A stretch of DNA of 64,000 bases from contig CAVSHB010000001.1 of NCBI GenBank assembly GCA_963727775.1, positions 896,001 to 960,000 of the forward strand. The letters run 5' to 3'. Shown here in pieces: positions 51,358-61,184 of this stretch. This stretch comes from an uncultured Nitrospiraceae bacterium (GTDB lineage: Bacteria > Nitrospirota > Thermodesulfovibrionia > Thermodesulfovibrionales > SM23-35). The notes beneath the pieces are model-generated. The model did no database searches and was not told the DNA's origin. It worked only from the letters and a program-made list of their open reading frames with translations. The translations under genes and the position numbers were made by a program. Every line of letters starts with the position of its first letter. Positions within the stretch are counted from its first letter, which is position 1.

Positions 51358-53169
51358 ATGTCGCTTAAAAGAATTCTTATCGGCACTCCCATTGAATCAG
51401 TAAAAGAAAAACATGAGCGTCTCTCAAGGGTAACGGGCCTTGCCGTTTTTTCATCAGATGCTCTCTCATCGGTAGCATATGGAACTGAGGAGATACTCTT
51501 TGCTCTTATCATAGGTGGTACAGCTTTGCTTCATTATGCTTTACCGGTTGCTTTAGGTATTATCATCCTTGTTGCAATCGTTGCCACATCATACTTTCAA
51601 ACCATCCATGCATATCCGTCCGGTGGCGGAGCGTATATTGTCGCAAAAGATAACCTTGGGACTTATCCCGGTCTCATCGCAGGAGCTGCGCTGCTTATTG
51701 ACTATGTCCTTACCGTTACTGTCAGTGTCTCGGCAGGTATAGCAGCACTTACATCGGCATTCCCTGCGCTTCATACCCATACAGTTCTCATGTGTATGAT
51801 TGCCGTGCTGTTTATCATGGTAGTAAATCTGAGAGGAGTGAAAGAATCAGGCAAACTATTTTCAATCCCGGTTTATATTTTTATAGGAAGTCTACTCCTT
51901 TTAATAGCGGAAGGTTTTATCAAAAAAATGTCTGTACCTCATCCGTCTTTTACAGCTTATGGTGAGGCAACTACAAATATAGTGCCTGTTTTCATTATAT
52001 TGAAGGCATTTGCCTCCGGTTGCGCTACACTGACCGGTATAGAAGCCGTATCGAACGGTGTCAGGGCATTCAAAGCCCCGGAGGCAAAAAACGCAGGCAT
52101 TACTTTGATGTGGATGGCAATAATATTAGGGTTGCTTACTCTCGGTATAGCTTATTTTGCGGATTATTACAAGATTCTGCCCAATGAAAACGAAACAGTG
52201 CTTTCACAGATTGCGAGGACTATTTTTTCAAAAGGCGTTATCTATTACATAATCCAATTTGCAACCACTCTCATACTCATTCTTGCTGCAAACACTTCTT
52301 TTGCAGATTTCCCGAGACTCTCTTCGATAATGGCGGTCGACCGTTATCTCCCGAGACAGTTGAGTAATCGCGGGGACAAACTCGTGTTCTCAAACGGCAT
52401 ACTTATATTGGGTTTCCTTTCAGCATTGTTAATTGTGATATTCAGGGGGGACACCCATACCCTGATCCCTCTTTATGCGGTCGGAGTTTTCACGGCCTTT
52501 ACTCTATCGCAAGCGGGTATGGTCAAACACTGGCTTTCCTATAAAGGGGAGGGATGGGTCAAGGGCATTCTGATAAACGGCGTCGGCACTGTTACGACAG
52601 CCGTTGTTCTTGTGATAATCGCTGTTGAAAAGTTTACTCACGGAGCATGGATAGTGCTTATAGCGATACCTGCTCTCGTACTTTTGACCAAGAAGATACA
52701 CAACCATTACCTCGCTATGGCGGAACAACTCTCCTTGCAATGCGCGACTGATATTAATGAGTACGAGCACCATTCCGTCATTGTCCCCATATCCGGTATG
52801 CAGCAAGCAGTAATAGGGGCCATTAAATATGCGAAGGCCCTTTCTGACGACGTGGCAGCGGTGTATGTATGTATCGACCCGGTAGAGACGGATAAGGTAA
52901 GAACAAAGTGGAACAAATTCTGTATGGGCGCTCCATTGATTGTCCTTGACTCTCCTTACCGTTCGATAATAGAACCGTTGGTGGACTATATAGACGAGGT
53001 ACGGAACAGGTATAAGGATGGCGTTATTACAGTAGTGCTCCCCGAGTTTGTACCGTCAAAATGGTGGCACCACCTCCTGCATAACCAGACGGCCTTGTTT
53101 ATGAAGGGTGTTTTACTGTTCAAGAAAGGAGTGGTATCCACAAGTGTCCCATTTCATTTAAGGAAATAA
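51358..53169 (+). CDS. kimA: APC-family K+ transporter
   Basis: SSDALSSVAYGTEE, YPSGGG, TGIEA, LHNQ. Confidence 0.9.
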   Translation: MSLKRILIGTPIESVKEKHERLSRVTGLAVFSSDALSSVAYGTEEILFALIIGGTALLHYALPVALGIIILVAIVATSYFQTIHAYPSGGGAYIVAKDNLGTYPGLIAGAALLIDYVLTVTVSVSAGIAALTSAFPALHTHTVLMCMIAVLFIMVVNLRGVKESGKLFSIPVYIFIGSLLLLIAEGFIKKMSVPHPSFTAYGEATTNIVPVFIILKAFASGCATLTGIEAVSNGVRAFKAPEAKNAGITLMWMAIILGLLTLGIAYFADYYKILPNENETVLSQIARTIFSKGVIYYIIQFATTLILILAANTSFADFPRLSSIMAVDRYLPRQLSNRGDKLVFSNGILILGFLSALLIVIFRGDTHTLIPLYAVGVFTAFTLSQAGMVKHWLSYKGEGWVKGILINGVGTVTTAVVLVIIAVEKFTHGAWIVLIAIPALVLLTKKIHNHYLAMAEQLSLQCATDINEYEHHSVIVPISGMQQAVIGAIKYAKALSDDVAAVYVCIDPVETDKVRTKWNKFCMGAPLIVLDSPYRSIIEPLVDYIDEVRNRYKDGVITVVLPEFVPSKWWHHLLHNQTALFMKGVLLFKKGVVSTSVPFHLRK

Positions 53170-53184
53170 ATGGTCATCTAACCC

Positions 53185-53844
53185 TTATTGTGTTTCTTCT
53201 GCTATTTTCCCGTTCTGTATCAACAAAAGCCTGTCCGCCAGTCTTTCCGCCTGGGCCATATCGTGGGTAGTGATAATAACAATCGATCCCTGGTCCTTTT
53301 TCATTTTAAGGATGATCTTTTCTATCGCCTCTGTATTGTTTTGATCAACAGACGCTGTCGGCTCATCCAGAAAGATTATTTCAGGCCCGATGACTATTGC
53401 TCTGGCAATACCGAGTCTCTGCGTCTCACCGCTCGAAAGCGTCAGCGCTTTTTGGTTTGTTTTATGGTCCAGACCGACAAAATCCAATGCCTTATTTACT
53501 TTGTGTTCTATGTCTTTTCGATTCACACCTCTTATATTCAGTCCGTAGGCGACATTTCCATAGACCGTCGTGTTGAAGACCCCGATCCTCGGCAGGAGGA
53601 GGGTCATCCGTCGTTTCAGTTCCATATCTTTTTTTATGAGATGCCCGTTGGAAGAAAAGCTGATCTCACCCTTATCGGGTTCTTCAATTAGTGAACAGAT
53701 CCTTAAAAATGTAGATTTGCCGGACCCGTTCCGACCCGTGAGGACATAGATCCCGCTTTTATCAAAGGAGAAAGAACATCCCTTCAAGACAGGTCCGCTA
53801 TTGTAACTCTTAAAGACCTCTGAGACCACCAGTTCCAGGCTCAT
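53185..53844 (-). CDS. tupC: tungstate ABC transporter ATPase
   Basis: GRNGSGKS, LSSGE, LDEPT; operon context. Confidence 0.8.
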   Translation of the reverse strand: MSLELVVSEVFKSYNSGPVLKGCSFSFDKSGIYVLTGRNGSGKSTFLRICSLIEEPDKGEISFSSNGHLIKKDMELKRRMTLLLPRIGVFNTTVYGNVAYGLNIRGVNRKDIEHKVNKALDFVGLDHKTNQKALTLSSGETQRLGIARAIVIGPEIIFLDEPTASVDQNNTEAIEKIILKMKKDQGSIVIITTHDMAQAERLADRLLLIQNGKIAEETQ

Positions 53845-54548
53845 GCAGTTGTTCTTGAAATCCCCTTTCGCTGAGTTGTGAAAATGACGGCGTTGATCAT
53901 CAACGAAATGAGTAAGAGTATGATCCCGAGCGCCAGAGCGAGTTCAAAATTACCCTTGTCTGTTTCGAGGGCGATGGTTGTGGTCATAACCCTGGTATAA
54001 CCCGCAATATTTCCGCCGACGATGAGTATGGCTCCGACTTCCGCCATTACCCTTCCGAACCCGGCGATGATACCTGAGATTATCCCGTATCTTGCCTCTT
54101 TGACTATCGTAATCGCTTTCTGATAGGTTGTTGCTCCGAGCGTGAGTGACGCCTGAGCTATTATAGGGTCTACGTTCACGACCGCTGAGTGGCACAGGGA
54201 AGCGACGATAGGGAATGCAAGGACCGTTTGGGCCATGATCATCGCAGAGGGGGTATAGAGCAATGACAGAAAGCCGAAAGGCCCGCTCCTTGACAGCATA
54301 AGATAAAGAAATAGCCCGACGACAACAGGCGGCAGTCCCATAAAGGTGTTCAATACGCTGATAATGAAGCCCCTCCCGGGAAATTTCTTTAACCCGATAA
54401 CAGACCCTGCCGGAATAGCTATGACCGATGCAATGACCAAGGCTGTCCCGGAGACTTGAAGCGAGAGAAATATAATGCCCAGAAGCTCCCTATCCAGGTT
54501 GAAGATCAGTAGAAATGCTTTTGTAAAACTCTCGATAATTGTATCCAT
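53841..54548 (-). CDS. tupB: tungstate ABC transporter permease
   Basis: GLPPVVVGL, EVGA, GGNI, TTTIALE. Confidence 0.9.
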   Translation of the reverse strand: MDTIIESFTKAFLLIFNLDRELLGIIFLSLQVSGTALVIASVIAIPAGSVIGLKKFPGRGFIISVLNTFMGLPPVVVGLFLYLMLSRSGPFGFLSLLYTPSAMIMAQTVLAFPIVASLCHSAVVNVDPIIAQASLTLGATTYQKAITIVKEARYGIISGIIAGFGRVMAEVGAILIVGGNIAGYTRVMTTTIALETDKGNFELALALGIILLLISLMINAVIFTTQRKGISRTTA

Positions 54549-54620
54549 AAAAAAGAATTTAGCGGCCGACTGTGAAAAACATTACCTGCCCCGGTCCAAT
54601 GCGACGTGAAGGACAACATT

Positions 54621-55460
54621 TCATTTCGCATTCGGAATAAACAGTTGATTGCCGAGTTTGTCCTTAAATGATCCGATAGCCTGCTGCCCTTCCTTTGATA
54701 CAAGCCAGTTAACAAGCTCCATAGCTTCTCCATATTTTACATGCTTGTGTTTTTCAGGATTGACCGCCATAACACCGTACTGATTGAATAACGCCGGGTC
54801 GCCCTCAAGGATTATGATCATTTCAAGCTTGTCCTTGTCCTTTGTCGCAAGCCATGTGCCGCGGTCGGTAAGGGTATAGGCCCTTTTTTCGTTGGCAATC
54901 CTCTGGGTTTTCTCCATTCCCTGACCGACTTCAAGATACCATTTCTGTCCTTTGGGCTCTATTCCCATCTTTTTCCATATGGATAATTCTTTTGTATGAG
55001 TTCCTGAATTATCCCCTCTTGAAACGAACGAGGATGAGCCGGCAATTTTCTTGAATGCCTCAGCAGCTGATTTTATACCCTTTATTTTGGAACGATCACC
55101 TGGTGGTCCTATAATTACGAAATCGTTATACATAACATCATGGCGGTTAACAAAAAAACCTTCTTCAACAGCCTTCAATTCCTGCTCCTTTGCATGAACA
55201 AAAACAACGTCGGCGTCGCCGCGCTTGCCCATCTCGATTGCAGCGCCGGTGCCCCGCGCCACAACTTTCACCTTAATACCGGTCTTCTTCTCAAACATGG
55301 GCAATATGTATCCGAACAATCCGGAATTCTCGGTGCTCGTGGTAGATGCACAGATGATCTCCCTCTCTGAAGCAATAGCATTGCCGAAACCAATGAGCAT
55401 TAAGATCCCTGCCAGCATAATGCTACACATTACTTTTTTCATTTTTTCCTCCCTATACAT
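54621..55460 (-). CDS. tupA: tungstate-binding protein
   Basis: Signal peptide, STTSTENSGL, GTG, SRGDNSGT. Confidence 0.9.
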   Translation of the reverse strand: MYREEKMKKVMCSIMLAGILMLIGFGNAIASEREIICASTTSTENSGLFGYILPMFEKKTGIKVKVVARGTGAAIEMGKRGDADVVFVHAKEQELKAVEEGFFVNRHDVMYNDFVIIGPPGDRSKIKGIKSAAEAFKKIAGSSSFVSRGDNSGTHTKELSIWKKMGIEPKGQKWYLEVGQGMEKTQRIANEKRAYTLTDRGTWLATKDKDKLEMIIILEGDPALFNQYGVMAVNPEKHKHVKYGEAMELVNWLVSKEGQQAIGSFKDKLGNQLFIPNAK

Positions 55461-55473
55461 TTATAAGGTTTAA

Positions 55474-56256
55474 TTATTTTTTCTTATCCATAACGGAGGG
55501 CACTGCATCGGGATAGAAGAGATTGATACCGTGTTTCTTATAGCTTGCGATTATACGCTGCCCTTCAAGGGAAGTCACAAAAGCGATGAAATCCATAGCT
55601 TCCCGGTATTTCACTTTCGGGAATTTATTTGGGTTGACGACGATGACACTGTAATTATTCCTCAATATAGGGTCTCCTCCGAGCAGGACCTTCAGATTGA
55701 GCTTGGATTCATATTTAAGAAATGTCCCCATATCAGTTAATGTGTATGCACCCTTCTGTTTTGCCATCAGTAACGTATCAGCCATATTCGCACCGGCCTC
55801 GAAATACCATCCCTTACCCTTCGGGTTGATCCCTGCATCATCCCAGATATCCATCTCTCTGATGTTTGTACCGGAATCGTCACCTCTCGATACAAAAGGT
55901 ACTCCCCTTTCCGCTATTTCCTCAAAGGCTTCTACGGCTGTCTTTACCTTGCCCATCCGTGCGGGGTCCCCCGGAGGGCCGATGACGACAAAATCATTGT
56001 GCATCACAGCCCTTCTGTTCACTCCGTACCCTTCAGCTACAAATTTTTCTTCTCTGAAAGGGTCATGCACAAAGAGTAAATCAGCCTCACCCTTCTTTGC
56101 TATCCGGATTGCCTTACCCGTACCCACAGCGATAACTTCGACCTTCAAATTGTATCTTGTGGATTGCTCAAATGCGGGAATTAGGATATCAAATAATCCT
56201 GAGTTCTGTGTGCTTGTCGTTGAAGCTATTGTAAGGATTGCTTTTCCTTTTATCAT
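55474..56256 (-). CDS. TupA paralogue without evident signal peptide
   Basis: STTSTQNSGL at residue 12, SRGDDSGT. Confidence 0.85.
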   Translation of the reverse strand: MIKGKAILTIASTTSTQNSGLFDILIPAFEQSTRYNLKVEVIAVGTGKAIRIAKKGEADLLFVHDPFREEKFVAEGYGVNRRAVMHNDFVVIGPPGDPARMGKVKTAVEAFEEIAERGVPFVSRGDDSGTNIREMDIWDDAGINPKGKGWYFEAGANMADTLLMAKQKGAYTLTDMGTFLKYESKLNLKVLLGGDPILRNNYSVIVVNPNKFPKVKYREAMDFIAFVTSLEGQRIIASYKKHGINLFYPDAVPSVMDKKK

Positions 56257-56405
56257 TGTACACCCCCTGATACAGGCTTTTATTAATATGAATGATAATT
56301 ATTCTATTCGTGACGGTCAATTGCATTATATTCATATAAAGCATGAAGTATTTTCATAGCTATGTTAATTGACATCGTCTTTTACTAATTCTTAAAATAT
56401 GCCGG

Positions 56406-57311
56406 ATGGAAGACAGCAGGCTTAAGGCGTTCTGCCTTATCGTTGAGATGAAAAGCTTTTCAAGGGCCGCAGAGGCAGCGTTTGTGACCCAGTCCGCCAT
56501 GAGCCATCTCATAAAAAATCTTGAGGATGAATTAGGCGGTAAACTGCTCAATAGATCCGGGAAAACAATTACCCCTACATCCGCCGGAAAAATCCTTTAT
56601 GACCACGCAAAAAAGATACTCGAAGGGTATAAGTCTCTGGAAAATGATATTTATAATGTTGTCAAAAAGATAAAGGGTCCTTTGTACCTGGGTGCAAGCA
56701 CGACGGTAGCTAAATATTTACTGCCGCAAGTCTTTTACGATTTTTCAAGAAACTATCCTGAAGCACAGTTAAATCTTTCAGTTTCGGGGCCGGAAAAGGT
56801 AGTCAGCGAACTCCAACAGGGGAAGATCGATATCGGGATAGTTGAGGGAAATATAAAAGACAAGAGAATTATCTTCAGAGAAATTGCGAGAGACGAGATA
56901 GTTTTAATCGCATCCGACGGCAATCCTCTGACAAAGAGAAAGATTGTAGCTCCACAGTATCTGATGGACCAATCGTTTATACTGCCGGAAGCAGGCTCCG
57001 GCACGCGGGAATTCATCGATGAATTTCTGAGTATAATGAAAATCGAGCCGCAGGACATAAACGTAATAATGACCCTCAGCGACCCTGAATTATTGGTCCA
57101 GATGGTCCAGTCCGGACTGGGCATTGCATTTGTTTCGAAGTGGTCTATTTTTAAAACAATAAAGGAAGGAACGATCAAGATTTTGAAGATGCCCGGGAAA
57201 AGACTTTACAGAAAATTTTATTTTGTCGTGCCGGATAAAGAGCCTTCTACCATGGTCGCAAGAACTTTTCTTGAATTTGTAAAAGGGTATCGTTTCTTCA
57301 TACCCTTTTAG
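56406..57311 (+). CDS. LysR-family transcriptional regulator
   Basis: SFSRAAE...TQSAMS HTH, GAST, EAGSGTR. Confidence 0.93.
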   Translation: MEDSRLKAFCLIVEMKSFSRAAEAAFVTQSAMSHLIKNLEDELGGKLLNRSGKTITPTSAGKILYDHAKKILEGYKSLENDIYNVVKKIKGPLYLGASTTVAKYLLPQVFYDFSRNYPEAQLNLSVSGPEKVVSELQQGKIDIGIVEGNIKDKRIIFREIARDEIVLIASDGNPLTKRKIVAPQYLMDQSFILPEAGSGTREFIDEFLSIMKIEPQDINVIMTLSDPELLVQMVQSGLGIAFVSKWSIFKTIKEGTIKILKMPGKRLYRKFYFVVPDKEPSTMVARTFLEFVKGYRFFIPF

Positions 57312-57499
57312 CTCTTACTTCATAAAATCGCCGACAGATACCGTATTTGCGCTCATTCTCGGCCCAATAAATCGGGCCTCCGAGGTAAATTCTTTCTTCG
57401 AAAGAATTTAAAGCCGCTTAAATACGACATCTGTCAGTACCCATAAATTTAAATGAATTAAGCGGGTTAAGAATTGTGTCACAAGTTGGTCCGGGCCTG

Positions 57500-60157
57500 T
57501 TATAAATCAAGCGGCTCTACCCTCACCGCAGTAAACTTATAGCTATAGGTGTCTGTGTGCCTGTCCCTCGCCCCGCCGATAAGTATGTTGATGAGGTAGT
57601 CCGGATTATGGAATGAAGCGAAAGCGGTACCCTCCAGGATAGCCGCATCAGATCTCACAGGCATGACGATGGAGCCCCTTCGGGAAGACAGCCGCACCTG
57701 TTGGCCGTTCCTGAGATGAAGCCGCTCGATGTCACCGGGGTTCATGTCAAGGCATTCCTCAGTGCCTGTTGCTGTTTCCGTGCGTCTTGTCTGTGCAGAG
57801 TTATTAAAGTGGTAGAGTCTTCTTCCGGTAATAAGTATCAAAGGATATTCTTCCGTCAGTTTTTCCGAGGGCTCATGATATGGAATAGGGTGAAAGGACG
57901 CGCTACCGCTAGGAAAAACGTTATTAATATACAACCGTTCTGTTCCAGGGTGAGATTCATTTGTGCAGGGCCATTGCAGTCCCTTTGTCCCCAGCCTTTT
58001 GTGAGTGATCCCTCTGAAATAATAGGTAAGCGCTGCCATTTCATCGTATATTTCGGCAGAATTTTTGAAATGAGTTTTCAGACCGAGGGCGTTTGAGAGC
58101 TCAAGGAATATTTCCCAGTCCGGCTTGGCAAGGCCGGCCGGCGGGACCGCTTTTCTTAAAAGGCGCACGCGCCTTTCCGTGTTGGTAAACGTGCCCTCTT
58201 TTTCAGCAAAGGAGGCTGCAGGAAGGACTACATGCGCATACTTAGCAGTCTCGGTTAAAAAAAGGTCCTGGTAGACCACAAATTCCACAGACTCCAGCGC
58301 CTTCCTGATATTCAGGGTATCGCCGTGGGTATGCGCGGGGTCTTCACCCCAGATATAGAGGGCCTTTATTTTGCCTTCCCGCGCCGCCTCCATCATTCGT
58401 GCTGAGTTCAAGCCGACTTGCTTTGGCACGGGGGCACCCCACCGTTCGGAGAATTTGCGCCTCACTTCTGCGTCGGTAATGTGCTGATATCCGGGAAGCA
58501 CGTTGGGATAACATCCCATATCACATGCGCCCTGCACATTGTTCTGTCCCCTGAGACATAACACCCCTGCTCCTGGATTACCGATATTGCCGGTAGCAAG
58601 AGCGAGGTTAATGAGTGCAAGCATCCCTTCCGTCCCATACTCATTTTCATCGACACCAAGCCCGCTGACAATCATGGCCCTTCTACTGCTGCCATACATT
58701 CGTGCAGTCTTTATAATTAATTCCCTTGGTACCCCTGTGATCATCTCCGTATCTTCCATGGTCAACGAGAATGCAGCCTCTATGGTTTTTTCCCATTCCC
58801 TTGTGTGTTTTTCGATAAATTCTCTGTAAAAAAGATTTTCCTCTATTATTACCCTCAGTATGCCATTTAAAAGCGCAATAAGACTGCCCGGCCTCACCTG
58901 AAGGTGCAGGTCTGCCTCATCTACAAGTGGAATTTTTCTGGGGTCGATCACAATGAGTCTCGCACCTGCGGATTTTGCCCACTTAATATGCAATGAGGCG
59001 ATGGGATGCGACTCTGTAGTGTTTGATCCTACCACGAGGATAAAATCGGAATATGCAAAATCGGCAAAAGAAGAGGTCGAAGCCCCTATACCAAACGCCC
59101 TACCCAGGGCGACAGCTGCCGGCGCGTGTCAAAGCCGTGCACAGTTGTCAATATTGTTGGTCCCGAGGGCGGCCCGCATCATTCGTTGAAAAAGATAATT
59201 GTCTTCATTTGTGGCGCGTGCAGAACCCATCCCGCCGATTGCTTCCGATCCGTACTTTGTTTTTATTTCAAGAAATCTCTTCGTTATGCAGGAAAGTGCC
59301 GTTTCCCAGGAGGCTTCTCTGAATTTTCCGTTTTCCTTTATGAGCGGCGTTTTGAGCCTGTCGGGGTGATGAATGAAAGGGAAACCGAACCTTCCTTTTA
59401 CACATAAATTGCCTTTGCCGACCGGGTCAAGATCATCCGTTGTCACACCGATTATCCTTTCATCCTTCACGTCAAGGAAGATGCCGCATCCGGTACCGCA
59501 ATAGGTACAGACGCTCCTGACCCTTCTGTCGGGTTTCTCTCTGTAAATTTCTATAATGGCCCCGGTGGGGCAGACCACGGCACATTGTCCGCACATTTCG
59601 CATGTCCTGTCAAAGACTATTTTATTTACCTCGGGCGATAGGACAGGATGCCGGAGGGCGCCTACCTTCCTGATTTCTGAACATACCTTTACACATTTTC
59701 CGCAGCGGATGCATCTATCGAGATTGATCTTCAGCTTTTGGTCTATCACCTCTTCATGTGGTGTTTCTTTTGATGAAAAAACAGGGTGTTCAATCCCGAC
59801 TGACCGGGCAAGTTCAAGAAGCCCGCAAAATTCATATTGCGGACAAGTCGCGCAATCTCCTTTATGATTTCGAAGAATAACTGTAACTCTCTTCTTCCTC
59901 GCTTCCTTTGCCTTTTCGGAATCCGTTTCGATTACCATTCCATGCTCTGCTTTTGTGGTGCACGCAGGTTTGAGCCTTCCGTTGACTTCAACAAAGCAGA
60001 CCTTGCAGTGTCCTGAGATGCTTAAGCGCGGATCGTAACATAAGGTGGGAATAGAGACGCGGTTCCTGTTTGCAACTTGAAGGACCGACTCTCCGGGAAT
60101 AAATCCTGCTATTTTTCCGTTGATGGTTACTACTTTGTTTTGAAAGTGTCCATTCAC
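57500..60157 (-). CDS. formate dehydrogenase alpha subunit (FdhF-like, with 2Fe-2S/4Fe-4S domains), selenoprotein
   Basis: Two track ORFs share a frame across TGA 59129-59131 in NCARL-U-HAP; CTYCGTGC, RGQNNVQG. Confidence 0.92.
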
Positions 60158-60474
60158 ACAAAGCCTCCTTAATATGAAATACAGACGGCCAGCATCATAT
60201 TTTTGAAAGGTCCCCGATGTTTATCCATATTTATTAGAGCAGTTGCTTAAAAGAAAAGTTATATTAATTGAAAAACGGCAGAGAGTCCAATTCAAAGAAT
60301 TCATAGCTTACATGAACGATATTAATTTTGATCGTTATTTACGGAAAATCATGAAAATAATTCACCACATAAATGAAAATAATGAATTTGATTTGCAATC
60401 TGACATAACCTATCATTTAGACATAACTTTTTGCGCATTCTTAAAAGAAATCATTTCCGTGAAAGGTCTGATAC

Positions 60475-61071
60475 GTGAGTATCATTGACACGATGAAAGA
60501 GAATCCCTTCGATATAGAAGAGTATACACATCGCGTTCAGTCTTTTCACGGCCACGTGGCTCCGGGCGTTGTCATCGGCGGGTTCATGGTGCATCTGGCC
60601 AGTGCCGACATTCCGGAAGGCGTACTTTTTAACGCAATCTCTGAAACTCCAGCCTGTCTGCCTGATGCCATTCAGCTGCTCACACCATGTACAGTCGGAA
60701 ACGGGTGGCTCCAGATTATTAACTTTGGCCGTTTTGCGTTAAGCCTCTATGATAAGTACCATGGAAATGGGGTCCGTGTCTTTCTTGACCCCGACAAATT
60801 GGAAAAATGGCCGGAGATAAAAGCCTGGTTCCTCAAACTCAAGTCCAGAAAAGAACAAAATCACGAAGATATTCTTTCTCAGATCAAGCAAGCCGGTGTG
60901 GAAATATGCGGGGTATGTCCTGTGCAGATTAAGCCTGAATTTCTAAAAAAACGTGATAAAGGCAAGATTGCAATTTGTCCTTTATGTGCGGAAGCTTATC
61001 CTTTGAATGATGGCAGCATCTGTCTTGCGTGCCAGGGAACTTCGCCTTACATTGTCCCTGATACTTCATAG
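60475..61071 (+). CDS. FmdE-family protein
   Basis: FHGHVAPG, CLPDAIQ, CTVGNG, CPLC, CLAC. Confidence 0.88.
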   Translation: MSIIDTMKENPFDIEEYTHRVQSFHGHVAPGVVIGGFMVHLASADIPEGVLFNAISETPACLPDAIQLLTPCTVGNGWLQIINFGRFALSLYDKYHGNGVRVFLDPDKLEKWPEIKAWFLKLKSRKEQNHEDILSQIKQAGVEICGVCPVQIKPEFLKKRDKGKIAICPLCAEAYPLNDGSICLACQGTSPYIVPDTS

Positions 61072-61184
61072 AGGAATGCACATGGGAACTATTAGCAGAC
61101 AAGTGGCACAGAATGAATTGTTGTATCTATTGGTAGGATCTTTTTATTAATCATTCTCTAACCTTTTTGTGGAAGGAGGACAGA

